Numbered from the stretch's first letter, positions 1 to 11,150 are shown. The stretch: 64,000 bases of DNA from Tubulanus polymorphus (GCF_964204645.1 NC_134033.1:13028655-13092654); one strand, 5' to 3'. Notes: generated by a model from the sequence alone, not told the origin. A program made the numbers and translations.

Positions 1-869
1 GCTGATCCTTTATCACAATGATCTGCTGATTATTTCTTGAAATAACACAAAATGTGACCGCGTTGACCAAACAAACTCAAAGTAAAATGTTCTTTACAGT
101 TCAACACAAATATAGAAATATATGTTAAGATTTCACGGCATGAAATAGATCAATAGATATGCAATATTTGAATTGTATTTTATTCGCATACACTTTGTAC
201 TTTGTCTCTTGCACCTCGTAAAAACAAGTTTGTAATCACTTGAAACTGTATCTCATTCTTCTAAGATGTACTTTGGACGGCTGTGTCTTCGACTTCAAGA
301 AATAAGTGCGTTTAAAATCTTGATAAATGATCTGGGATCGAATCGAGGACACTTATGTTATGAGCTGCTTAGAACCGGCCCGGATTATGCAACAGGTTGC
401 GTGAAAACGAGGCCTTTGATCGAATCAAAGAAACATATGACAAAAGCTTTCTGATTATTTGACGAAAGATAATTCATATGATTTGATGTGTGATATTGAC
501 AAATAGTTCAACAATAATAAAGAGGATTTGAAAACTTTTTGCAACAATTTGAAAAGAAAATGGGATGATCCGGTCTGGTCCTTGATGGTTCAATTATCTT
601 TACTCAACATTTGTAGAATCAGTGTCACTCGACCGGCTTCGTTCGGACATAGTGCCACCTAGTCAGTGCCGATAGACCGGGTTCGAACTTCGGGCGCCCA
701 ATTCCGCATCTAGACCTCTCGGAATTAGTTTTCCCGGCTCAAACCTACCTAGAAATGACTGTATTCTGCTGACCACAAAAAAATCCCGTACTTAAAACTA
801 CAGGTACAATTTAGAAATAAAGAATTGTATTTTTTTCGAACTCTTCGAAACATGAGAGAGAAGGTGCTC

Positions 870-1106
870 TTGTGATTGGATGGTTGATAGCACAGTGACA
901 GATACTAGGTATATCGTTCATTGGTCAAGTAACGTATGACGTCAGCAAACCTACTAATAAATAAAGAAAGTGTCACTTTGACGAAGCTTGGAGTAATCAT
1001 TTTTTTTGTCAAATGATTACTCCAAGGACGAAGGGTGTTAAAGAGGATAGGTCGTTTTCCAGTGATAATTATCTTTAATTGAAGCGTCACTTTCGATCAC
1101 GTAAGT
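870..1106 (+). promoter_or_regulatory. Putative promoter and non-coding first exon of the MurL-like gene
   Basis: Inverted CCAAT boxes (ATTGG at 875 and 920), a perfect CRE palindrome TGACGTCA (937-944), and a consensus donor AC|GTAAGT at 1100/1101 that could pair with the acceptor at 2487. Confidence 0.4.
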
Positions 1107-1325
1107 AGATATGTACATCAAATTCCAAATATCCAAATATTGACGCTTGATCGGGAAGTGTTAAACTGTATAACAACTCCATGATTCAATTGAGCAATAT
1201 TGTTATCAGCTGTAGAATATTTACGTGTTTTTTCAACGTAGAAATGAACGCACTGATACGTACGCGTTACAATTTCTAATGATGATATAAGTATAATATA
1301 TATATATCTCGGGTAGAGTTCAAAG

Positions 1326-1545
1326 TAGCAAAAACAGAATAAATCTCATTTTCTAATCAGTAAATAATGTTACATTTCCCCTCTTCAGGCAAAGGGCAAG
1401 TGATTAAATTTTGATAGTGTAGTTAAGGTATCAAAATTTAATCACTTGCGCTATGCCTGAAGAGGGGAAAATGAAACTCCCGAAAACGTTCGCTACGATG
1501 AATAAAAATCATTCACTGGAATTAGATTTCTGTTTGTTTTTGCTA
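1326..1545. mobile_element. Fold-back remnant of a probable Penelope-like element terminus with a hammerhead-like core
   Basis: 42-bp inverted arms at 1375-1416 and 1429-1470 with 2 mismatches, plus outer inverted matches at 1326-1336 and 1535-1545. The right arm runs into CTGAAGA-stem-GAAA-ACGTTC followed by AATAAA. Confidence 0.5.
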
Positions 1546-2496
1546 GTACAGATTTATGATATAATATACTGTATATTTGCATTCATACATGTTTATTCTT
1601 GCTGTTAATTTCGATATATTTGATTCTTCAACAACCGGATACAATTGTAAGGAACTGCGTCAGACCTGTTCGGGTTGTACACATAATTTAGATGTTCCGT
1701 AACTTCTTTTTGTCGACGAGTAGTTTCAGCAGTTTAAGATATCAGGTCAATAGTTCATCGTTTTAAGCATAGGCTCATTTTAGAGTCCATGTATTAATAG
1801 ATATGCATTATATCAAAGATTGGTAAACAGTATCGTTGACGGTGCTATTTTAGCCAGTTCGTTATCGAAACCGCAAGTGACTTCGCACGGGGCAAGAAGC
1901 TCATTGTTCAACGACCTATCGATTTAGACAATAAAACACATAAATGGTGCAGGTCAAATTTCATCCATTAATCAATATTATTAAGAACAGATCTGTTAAA
2001 ATATAGACTTTCGTCGACTTGAGAAATGGTTTCCGGCCATTCTACTGTGGCAATCGAGGATTCCAATTGCGGCAAGTTAGGATCCGCTAGGACCGCTGGT
2101 AATATTATGCGTAGTAGGAGTTCAAACCATAACTGGAACGGCAATTGAATAAATGATTTTAAGTGTTGACATAGACAGGTTTAGTGTTCTACCTTGCCGT
2201 AACAGTTTTATCGTTTCTTGGTGTCCGTTTGTATACCTCTTGTTAAGGTGACGAGTGTAAATAGATTTAAAATTTAGATTTCATTTTATTGGACAATACG
2301 CGGTCAAACTCTAAATTTCCAGTATATCGTTAAAGTATCGTCGATAAAACTATAGTTATTTGACCGGGTAGAAAATCTATCATTCTTGAATGTAAAGGGA
2401 AAGCTGCAGAGGGATAGATTGATGTTTTTCTCCCAAATATATCTTAAATTCTCTAAACTTATTGGCGCGTTGATTTATATTTTACAGATATTGAAA

Positions 2497-3903
2497 ATGA
2501 CTACCATTACGCTGAAGTCTTACACCCGTTCCAAGCATCAGATCAGCACTGTTTACGGTGTTGATGATCTGCAATTCACGACTTCGATGTGGTACCACGA
2601 TGTCAATTTCTACGACCTCGAGAACATCTACGGCAAAGACTACATGGATCGGGTTTATTTCCACATAGTCGTATTCGATATGAATAAATTACAAAGCGTT
2701 AAACCCAAGCACATCGACCTGGGTCCTTACGAACGCTACCATACGGTCGAGTTTGAAAATCTTTGGCTGAAACATTTCTCCGGCGCATTTTCCCAGTGGT
2801 TGTACGAAAACGACCTGCACGATTACAAAGGCCCGACGTTTCTTCACAAGGCGAACGATAAAAAATTCAACGCCGTTGAAACCACGGCCCCAGACGGCCC
2901 CGAGGTGCTATCTCTGAACGGTGGAGGTAAAGATAGTCTGCTAAGTATGTCGATTTTCGATAAGGTCGGGGTCGAGTATGGTACCTTGGTTTTCAGCAGT
3001 AGTGTTTACGGTACTTCACGATTGCAGCTCCGTCTGACGGGCGATTTGGTCAAGAATTGCAGTAAGTCGCACAGACATCACCAATTAGCTATGTACGACG
3101 ATTTTCTCGACAGCCCCATTACTGATTTACGAGATGACGTCGACATTAAAACCTTGCAGGAGGATGAAACGATTAAGTCGGTATTTTCGGTGCTGCCTTT
3201 CGTTTTGCAGTATCGATATCGATACGTGAATCTGGGTCACGAGAAGAGCGCCGAATACCCGAATTTAATCTGGGATAAAAACGGCTTGCCCGTCAATCAC
3301 CAATACTGTAAAAGCATCGCCGCGCAGATCCTGGAAGATACGTACATAAAAAATAATCTGGTGTCGAATTGTACGTTCTTTAGCGTCTTGAAGCCTTTGA
3401 ACGACGTAATGATCTTCAGTATGTTGAATTCGGTAGATCCCAAATACATACCCTACACGCATTCTTGCAATAAGATCAAACCCTGGTGCAAAAGGTGCGC
3501 AAAATGCGCCTATATTTGGCTGGCGTTCATGGCCTACCAACCGACCAACTTGATCGACTCGATTTTCAACGAAAACCTTTTCGACGTCGACGAAATTCAG
3601 ATATTCTACCGGCAGCTGTTGGGTCTGGAGAAACACAACGCGTTCGAATGCGTTGGTCAAATCGACGAAACGCGTCTGGCGTTTGAGTTGTGCCGACGTA
3701 AAGGATTGAAGGGAAAAGCTATGGATATTTATATCGATGAGGTCAGCGGTCGATACGATCAGGATTCGGCGATCATGAAACTGACCGAAGTCGATACGGA
3801 CTACGATCGCATTCCATCCAAATTCGCCGAAGATATCATGGCTCTGTTCAGCGAGCAGGAAAAAGTAGCTCGTGACTTCTTGAAAGGAAAGCTTATAAAA
3901 TAA
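2497..3903 (+). CDS. MurL-like PP-loop ATP-dependent enzyme (UDP-MurNAc-L-Ala-L-Glu epimerase family), 468 aa, single coding exon
   Basis: Motifs in MurL order: LSLNGGGKDS (PP-loop), GHEKSAEY, VNHQYCKS, HSCN..KPWCKRCAKCAYIWL, LLGL..HNAFECVG..ETRLA. The ATG at 2497 follows a splice acceptor (tttacag, 2481-2487). AATAAA at 4008-4013. The ORF-track start at 2386 is a TTG inside the putative intron. Confidence 0.8.
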   Translation: MTTITLKSYTRSKHQISTVYGVDDLQFTTSMWYHDVNFYDLENIYGKDYMDRVYFHIVVFDMNKLQSVKPKHIDLGPYERYHTVEFENLWLKHFSGAFSQWLYENDLHDYKGPTFLHKANDKKFNAVETTAPDGPEVLSLNGGGKDSLLSMSIFDKVGVEYGTLVFSSSVYGTSRLQLRLTGDLVKNCSKSHRHHQLAMYDDFLDSPITDLRDDVDIKTLQEDETIKSVFSVLPFVLQYRYRYVNLGHEKSAEYPNLIWDKNGLPVNHQYCKSIAAQILEDTYIKNNLVSNCTFFSVLKPLNDVMIFSMLNSVDPKYIPYTHSCNKIKPWCKRCAKCAYIWLAFMAYQPTNLIDSIFNENLFDVDEIQIFYRQLLGLEKHNAFECVGQIDETRLAFELCRRKGLKGKAMDIYIDEVSGRYDQDSAIMKLTEVDTDYDRIPSKFAEDIMALFSEQEKVARDFLKGKLIK

Positions 3904-4756
3904 TCGTTTTTGGACTCCCTGAGTTTCATCATTACAATCATTAGAGTTGATAATCATGATATTTGATGTAATTGATACCGAATCGCAACATCGAGTGTTT
4001 TGTCAGAAATAAAGGCAACAGGGATTGTAAACATTGAAAATACATAACCTAATTATTACTTTATTTCTGCTCTTTTTATTTTCTCTTTTTTCTTATTCTA
4101 TTCTCAAGATGAAGTAGAAGTCAATACAATTACAGGAAAGTAGAGGAAAAAAGAAATGCACCGACATAGTATTATACGACTACCACGACAGGGGCACGGC
4201 AGGGATTACCCCACATAGATTATTGTGTTGTTTTGACTTTAAACATCTCGAAACAAGGCAGAGTAATAATATTGTCTTCGTGACTGGCTGATTGATTATA
4301 CCGTTGACCATCGCAAAGTTGAACTTTAAGCACCTCCCAGGACACTGTCCTCTAAGACTGGCCAATAATACCAGTCTACAAGCCCACACAACGCAACTGA
4401 TTCGTCCAATTTTTGATGTAATTACCCAGCCGGTATATCCTTAACCGAGTGATGGATAACAGATATCAGAAGATGATCAGAGATCATTGAATCTGTAGCC
4501 AATCCCATTACTTGAGACCGCCAGATTTTGTACACCGAGTTTTAAAATGCAGGAGTGTTAAAAGCCAAAGGAGCTTGCATTGTTTGGGCTGCGGCTCCTG
4601 AAAGCTCCGACAAGTTACGACTAGTATTTACGTAGTTTCCATGAATCAGTATGAACTCGTGAAATACGAAATACATAACCAATTTATTTTCATTCATTGA
4701 AATCTTTTTATTTCCTCTTTTTTTCTCTCGATTTTCAATCTCAATATCATTTTCAA

Positions 4757-4956
4757 TCAGGCTTCGTGGCAATCTAACCAACATTTCTGGAACTCTTCAG
4801 ATTCGACGTCGGCGTTCAGGTCCAGACAGGTCTTCTCGCATACGACGGAGAATTCACACGATTCCAAACAGTTCGGAAGTCCGGTGTCGTTAGTACTGCA
4901 CCATTCTTGACAGAAACCATCCGGTCTTCCGGATACGACTGCCGTGCTTACCAATG
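4757..4956 (-). CDS. Secreted cysteine-rich peptide, exon 2 (four CxxxC motifs); 76-aa precursor
   Basis: The acceptor tattttatcaacag| is in phase with exon 1. Joined protein: MKLYVVSLFAALVSTAVVSG-RPDGFCQEWCSTNDTGLPNCLESCEFSVVCEKTCLDLNADVESEEFQKCWLDCHEA. AATAAA on the minus strand at about 4707-4712 and 4683-4688. Confidence 0.8.
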
Positions 4957-5243
4957 CTGTTGATAAAATACACGATCAAGGCCCTAGTTGTTAGATGTTT
5001 TTTTACACGTTTTTTTTTCTGTACAAAGTGTATTACAAATCCATGATTAAGGCGCCTGATATTTCATCAGAAGGCAAGGAAACTACCCCTGAATCTATTC
5101 ATTTGCAAGTTCTCCACGCAAGGACTAGCTCAGTCTCTCGGTTCGAATTGAAACCAGAATAGTTAAAGCTTGTACCGGCATGTTACAAACCGTTCTAATT
5201 CTCGCCAAGACGGTTAAGTTTGAATGAACGAAGCATAACTTAC

Positions 5244-5274
5244 CGGCAAAAAGGCTGACCACATATAATTTCAT
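5244..5274 (-). CDS. Secreted cysteine-rich peptide, exon 1 (start of signal peptide)
   Basis: ATG AAA TTA TAT GTG GTC AGC CTT TTT GCC G|GTAAGT = MKLYVVSLFA, with a phase-1 consensus donor. A TATA-like TATTTAA lies about 50 nt upstream. Confidence 0.75.
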
Positions 5275-6184
5275 GTTGAATGCGCAAAGTTTCACTGATG
5301 GACCTTTTCAATTCGCATCTATTAAATACCGATTTGAATTATCACCCTTATCGGAAAATTGAAATTTAATTAGTTTTGAATTAGTAGTTATTTACATGTG
5401 AAATGTGGAGCTTATAACAGATGATAAGGTTTGCGATAAGGAACTCAGTATATTCGGTGTTTTTGCACTTTAGTACCAGTTCCAATTTGCCTAAGAATTA
5501 AATTGCGTTGCAAATAAGTTGTTCTGGGCTCTCATCCACATTTTGTACGATCTTCCGTTGAATCTTCCACCGTTCATATTTATATCGTAATTTTTTTTCT
5601 AAATACTTAGTTTGATTTTTGAAGTCGATCTTTTCTTTAGTTTGGAAATTGTATGAACTCTGTCGTATCACCCACCACAGGGTCTTGTCATGATAGGGAA
5701 CTAAAATCAAAGAATCGACCCAGTATCCTAATGTAGGCCTACCGCCTATGAAAAATGTATGGACCGAGTATCGTGCCAAGCTCTCAATGAATGCCTGGCC
5801 CGCGGCGAAATGACCAGCCGCCAGGAGTTTTGGGCAAAGGAGATATTTGTTTCCACGTGTCCCCTTGAATGAATGATGTGCTTAATGATTTTGGAGGAAA
5901 TACGAAGGCACTATGAAGGACTATTATTTTCCATTTCACCCTATATTGCGTAAAAACCGATATCGTCGTTCGATCTCATTACATGCTCAATGAAGTATAT
6001 TTAAATTCGATTGAAAACGTTTTTACGGCGATACTTAGCAACACCGGATGCGGAACCGGTACTCTAACAAGCAGCGCCATCTATCAACAACAAAGCAACG
6101 CAACGAGGATAAACCGTTTTAGTTGTTCGCAGAATCCGAGCAATTTGAGATAAATTTCACCGTCAGAATCGCCGCGGATTTGAG

Positions 6185-6209
6185 ATGAAGATGAATATAA
6201 CATCGGCCG
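6185..6209 (+). CDS. PSMD1: 26S proteasome non-ATPase regulatory subunit 1 (Rpn2), exon 1
   Basis: MKMNITSA plus phase-1 donor G|GTAAGA; matches the PSMD1 N-terminus (ITSAAG). Confidence 0.85.
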
Positions 6210-6847
6210 GTAAGAAAACCGAATCCTTCTCGAAATTACGACCAGAAAATAGAATTTTTAACATGTCTAAAAAAGCTTCATAATTTTGCTGAATCATCCG
6301 GTGATGAATGAATGTTGAACTTGAAGTTTGAACATTCACTTCTTACTCTACCAAATCACTTGACTTTAATTCGCCGTCTAAAAAATTGAATAAATGACTA
6401 TTTACTTCCTTTTTTTCCTTTACCATATGAAATCCGTCTATAAAAGCGACTGTCTTCTTTCCTGCGGCTGACAGCTCTGTTTTTGTCGTTTATCTCTCCA
6501 AAAAATTCCGGCACATGGCATAGGGCACGGGGACCTGACTGAATTTCAATTCTACAATCCTGTACCTGATCAAATTGGTTTTCTTCTATGCTAGGTCAAC
6601 TTTGCACCGGCCGCGTGCAATTAAGACCCTGGCCTTCCTAATTTTTGCGCTCATCTTCACAGTAAGCCTTAGTCTATGTCTTGGAAGATTTTTCAATAGA
6701 CCCACTCGCTCTTGAGTACTATGTGGCTGCTTGGTCGGATGCCTAACCTTTCTTTCGACGTCGACCACCATCTTCCTATTTTCTCAGTACCATCCCATTT
6801 GACCTCTGGTTTTCTACCCATCTGCGCCACTAGAACTCCAGGATCCG

Positions 6848-6943
6848 GTTCCACAGTTGTGAGTTAGAGTTAACTCTGAGTTAAAGTCAGTTCATTTCTA
6901 ATTAGTTAACTCTGAGTTAAATCTTAACTCACAACTGTGGAAC
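6848..6943. mobile_element. Short palindromic MITE-like element (related copies at about 17488-17594 and 21480-21563)
   Basis: Terminal inverted repeats GTTCCACAGTTGTGAGTTA...TAACTCACAACTGTGGAAC, with a shared interior (gttcatttc.aat.agttaactc). Confidence 0.65.
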
Positions 6944-6983
6944 TCGGTCCAGGAGTAGTACACTTCCATTGATGAAACGCAGC

Positions 6984-7486
6984 TACTGTCTGTCACACCT
7001 ACTCTCTGTGCGACGTTTTGGTCCGTAATTTCGTTAATAATCGGTTTATCTACCTTTATTACGTATCAATATGTTCAGTGAGGAATTTGCATTCAGAAAT
7101 AAACAAAATTTTCACTTAAGTTGTTTTTGTTTTCATTTATGAGCGATAGTTTACTCAGCATACGCTCGCGTAATGCTGAAAAATCCGCTGTGGGACGCTC
7201 GGAAACGTTACAGTGACGTCATCACCTGCTCATTAGCATATCAAAATACAGTAGGTGGCGCTCCGTGACGGGCCATAAAAGCCGTTTTTCAGCATTACGC
7301 GAGCGTATGCTAGGTAAACTATCGCTGATAGAAGAAAACACAAACAAATTTCTGCCAGTTCATGATTTATTTCTGAATGCAAATTCCTTACTGAACAAAT
7401 TGATGCATAAAATTTACAGATCAACCGATTATTAACGGAATTACAGACCAAAACGTCGCACGAAGAGCAGGTGTGACAGACAGTAA
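6984..7486. mobile_element. Long inverted-repeat (MITE or foldback) element in PSMD1 intron 1
   Basis: Imperfect arms of about 200 bp (tactgtctgtcacacct...agcatacgctcgcgtaatgctgaaaa versus ttttcagcattacgcgagcgtatgct...aggtgtgacagacagta) around a spacer of about 95 bp. Confidence 0.8.
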
Positions 7487-8640
7487 ATGATAAACTACTA
7501 GTGAATATATCCAAAACGCATGACATTGTAATCCAGCAAAAGAAGCATATCCGACTGATAAAGACACGCTTGATTCGTAGGTCCATCTGTGCAGAGGTCG
7601 ACAGCGACGCAATAATGAATAAAGTTTTCTCATCGTCCTTCCTTTTGATGAACAAATTCTTCCAAATTTGATTTTTATGGATTTTTCGCGAATTCCACAG
7701 TTTGTTTGAATGTGAATAAAAAAACTTATTGCTGCTCAGATTCCCAATCAGTCTGATTCTTGGTGAAGGTATTGCGAAAATGCTTCCATGGGTCCTCATT
7801 TTACTGGAAAGTAGTTCTTTCTCAGTCAAAAAGTCCTTCCTTTTGGGTCTAAAATTGCTGTAAAAGTCCTTCTAAGTACTTCTTTTTACCCTGGCCTTAC
7901 CACTGGAAACCCTGCTTATGGCAGTTGAATTAAAGATACAATTATATCCAGCCTGTGTCCAGTTTGTGGCTGAAGATATGAAACTCATTAGATCCTATGC
8001 AGCCCATGTCCAGCTAGAGAATGAATGACACTGTGTATGACATGAACTGATAGCTTTCATTTACATAATAAACGTGTAGCCTAATGCACACCTCAATGAT
8101 TCTGAACAGCACTCGTTGAGTAGGTAACGATAATTCTGACACTTTATCAATGACCAAAATGACTACCTTACAATATCAACTCATTTGGAGGCCTATTAAA
8201 AAGTACTTTAGAATAATTATATTATAGAAATCAAGAAATTAATCATAAAATAGAAATGACCTTCAAAATTAGTTTCTGGGATGTTCATCGTAACCTGTAC
8301 CTTCTGTTCGTCATTTTGATTTAAATCCTTACTGAATACTTGATCTAATACATTCAACCCCTTAAATACCAACCAAATCAGTGATTTATGATTTTGGCGG
8401 TTTATTGGGACTGGCTTTGACGAGATTCAAATGTTCCATTAATGTCAGAAAAAAACTGGTATTTGATGATGGGTATTGTCATCTTTGACGCGATTATCAT
8501 ACTAAAAAAAATAATCAAGAAAATATTTTTTCATGATTTTCTGTATCACTGTTTGACATTTCATTTTTCTTCTGCCGACCTAAACAAGTATCCTGCTGTT
8601 CAGCCCTGCTAATGTTATTATCATTCTTTAAAATTTTTAG

Positions 8641-8758
8641 CTGGAGTGATCTCATTATTGGATGAAGAAGAGCCCGAATTGAAAGTATTCGCTCTCGAGA
8701 AACTGAATAACATCGTCGATGTATTCTGGGCTGAGATCTCCGAGGCCGTGACGAAAAT
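8641..8758 (+). CDS. PSMD1: PSMD1 exon 2
   Basis: [40 protein letters not shown]; AG/GT bounded with consistent phases. Confidence 0.95.
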
Positions 8759-8924
8759 GTAAGTAGTAAAACAGCGACCGGTACTTTAATCATGGAATAC
8801 CCTCTATAACGATATCAAACTGGTTGGCTTTACTTCAAGAAAATCACTGCGTCCCGTCGCTTATGACATCTATCTACATAAATCCCTCGGTGACATCATC
8901 GAATTGATGCTAATTTCACCTAGT

Positions 8925-9178
8925 AGGGTGGCCACTGACCTGTCCTAGAGGTCTCAGGGAATCAGTAAATTACGGGGAATTTGACAGTTTGTGAAAAACC
9001 TGGAAAACTCAAGGAATTTTGATATGTTATTGACCACATGCATTTCTATCAATACATGATTCATTAAGATGATTGAGTTGTAACATTTTAAACCAAGAAA
9101 TTGGATTTACTGAGAGAATTTTGTGTTAAAGTGTGGAAAACTCAGGAAATAAGTAAATTGGTGGAAATTAGCCACTGC
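8925..9178. mobile_element. Degenerate non-autonomous DNA transposon (CAGGGTGGCCACT-type terminus)
   Basis: AGGGTGGCCACT start with internal ggaaaactcagggaa-like repeats. Complementary or similar termini occur at 20455-20467 and about 32638-32649. Confidence 0.4.
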
Positions 9179-9301
9179 CTTATAACCTTTCAGAAAATCC
9201 ATAAAAATCTCTTCTATAAATCCCCATGAATCCTTGTACAGTGTCACAAATATAAGCCCCTGTTTACATTAATATATTTTCATTAATTGATATTTTTTCA
9301 G

Positions 9302-9471
9302 CGAGGTGCTTTATGAAGAGGCTACGTTCAAACATCGTAATTTAGCGGCTCTGGTCGCGTCGCGAGTTTACTATCACCTCGGCGCGTTCGAGGAATCGTT
9401 GACATACGCGCTCGGCGCCGGAGATCTGTTCAACGTCAACAGTTCGTCGGAGTATGTGGAAACAATCATCG
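9302..9471 (+). CDS. PSMD1: PSMD1 exon 3
   Basis: [56 protein letters not shown]. Confidence 0.95.
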
Positions 9472-10115
9472 GTACGTTGTAACAATCAGTTTTTCCGGTT
9501 CCAGAAACATGACAGACCCCTAGGACCCCTCGACTGTTTAAAGACTCATTCAAACAGAAAATGCTTGATACTGATTAATCGAGCAAACTGCCTAAACTCA
9601 TTTAAAACTTATATTTTGAGAAATAGGCAATTAGAATTTTTTGCTAGTTCCAAGTTGTAGAGTAGACTACGACTAAATTGGTACAATTGGCAGCATACTT
9701 TTTTTTACCAAATTGAAATTAGACGGCTAGCCAATTACCAAATAAGAAGTGAGTTTAGGCACAGTATACAGTCAGATAAAAATGTGCTTATGAAACCTCT
9801 AAATTAACGGCTTGATGAGATAAACAGTATCGATTTAGGGGGTCCAGCTTCACGAAAAAGTTTATCTCAAAGTTTTTTGATTTAATTACTATTGGTAGGC
9901 CTAACTGTACATTGCCAATGAGGCCAACACTTTAGCCTTACCAGTTTTAGCTTACACTTTTTCATGAAACTGGGCCCAGCAGCCATGTTCAAAGGGTTAG
10001 TTTAATTTAGTTTATTTTCTACATTAGAGCCCTCGTGTAAAGTTGTCGAACTGGCCCAAGTTTCCTAGATGTTTCTTTTTTCATCATTCGAATACATTTT
10101 CTTAAAAATTTTCAG

Positions 10116-10321
10116 CTAAATGCATCGATCACTACACGAAATTGTGCATTTATAACATCGACCTGTCGGAGGAGGATCAGAAACCGATCGACCCACGTCT
10201 CGAGGCGATCGTCAATCGCATGTTCCAACGATGTTTCGACGATCACAAGTACAAACAAGCGGTCGGAATCGCTCTGGAAACCAGGCGCGTCGATATATTC
10301 GAAAAAGCCATCTTAGAAGCG
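10116..10321 (+). CDS. PSMD1: PSMD1 exon 4
   Basis: AKCIDHYTK...[36 protein letters not shown]. Confidence 0.95.
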
Positions 10322-10803
10322 GTGAGTAAATGTTTCGGTAGTTGATTTGAAAACGAATCTATCCTCCAGGTTGTAGGAATAGTTTTCTCTAAAAAATTGA
10401 CTTTTCATAAAATCAAAGTTGAACGTTGAAAATACAGACTTTTAGAGAAATCATCTTACTTCATTCGGGTTTTGCAGTGGAGCTTATTCGAGGGGGTGCC
10501 ATTTATTTACCTGGAAATCAGGGAATTTTATTTTCTCTCCTTTAAAAGAATAGTCAGGGAATTCTCTAAAAAAAAGAAGCTTTAAGCCATGTTGATATTG
10601 CTGTATTACAAACAGTCCCTATCTATGTATCTATCTAAATATATATAATAATTGGACATTTTATCGGCTCACTTGAAGAAACTGATGATCAAAGTATGAT
10701 TTGCACTACATTGACGATTGCCTGAAGGTGTGTGGTTCAGGGCTGTAGATTTTATTACAAGGAGATGAGTGGAAATGACCGTTTTAGATATCACTATTTT
10801 CAG

Positions 10804-10947
10804 GATGATGTAAACGCGATGTTGTCGTACAGCGTGAAAGTGTGCATGTCGCTCATCCAAAACCGCCAATTTCGCAATCAAGTCCTACGCATTCTCGTCA
10901 AACTGTACATGGGACTGTCGACCCCAGACTACATCAACGTTTGTCAG
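10804..10947 (+). CDS. PSMD1: PSMD1 exon 5
   Basis: [48 protein letters not shown]. Confidence 0.95.
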
Positions 10948-11150
10948 GTAGGCTTTACAATAATAGCTATTATTCTATTTGAGTATGAAACAATACTTAA
11001 AGTATCTTAACTCTACATGATTAGAAGTGGCTGAAGTCAACTCAATTTGGCCTTAAAGTCAGGGGTCAGTTGCACAGTCACTGCATTTGATATTTTATGA
11101 GACTAGGCTTGAAAAATCAGAAACTTTTATTTGATAATTCATTTTTTCAG

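Noticed and set aside
2386-2496. 37-aa N-terminal extension of the MurL-like ORF
   Set aside because: It starts at a TTG in AT-rich sequence and crosses a clear splice acceptor; ATG 2497 is the better start.
3265-3957. 230-aa antisense ORF, and the many overlapping ORFs across 11206-11542 and 18137-20335
   Set aside because: These are shadows of real coding sequence on the other strand or frame, with no independent motifs.
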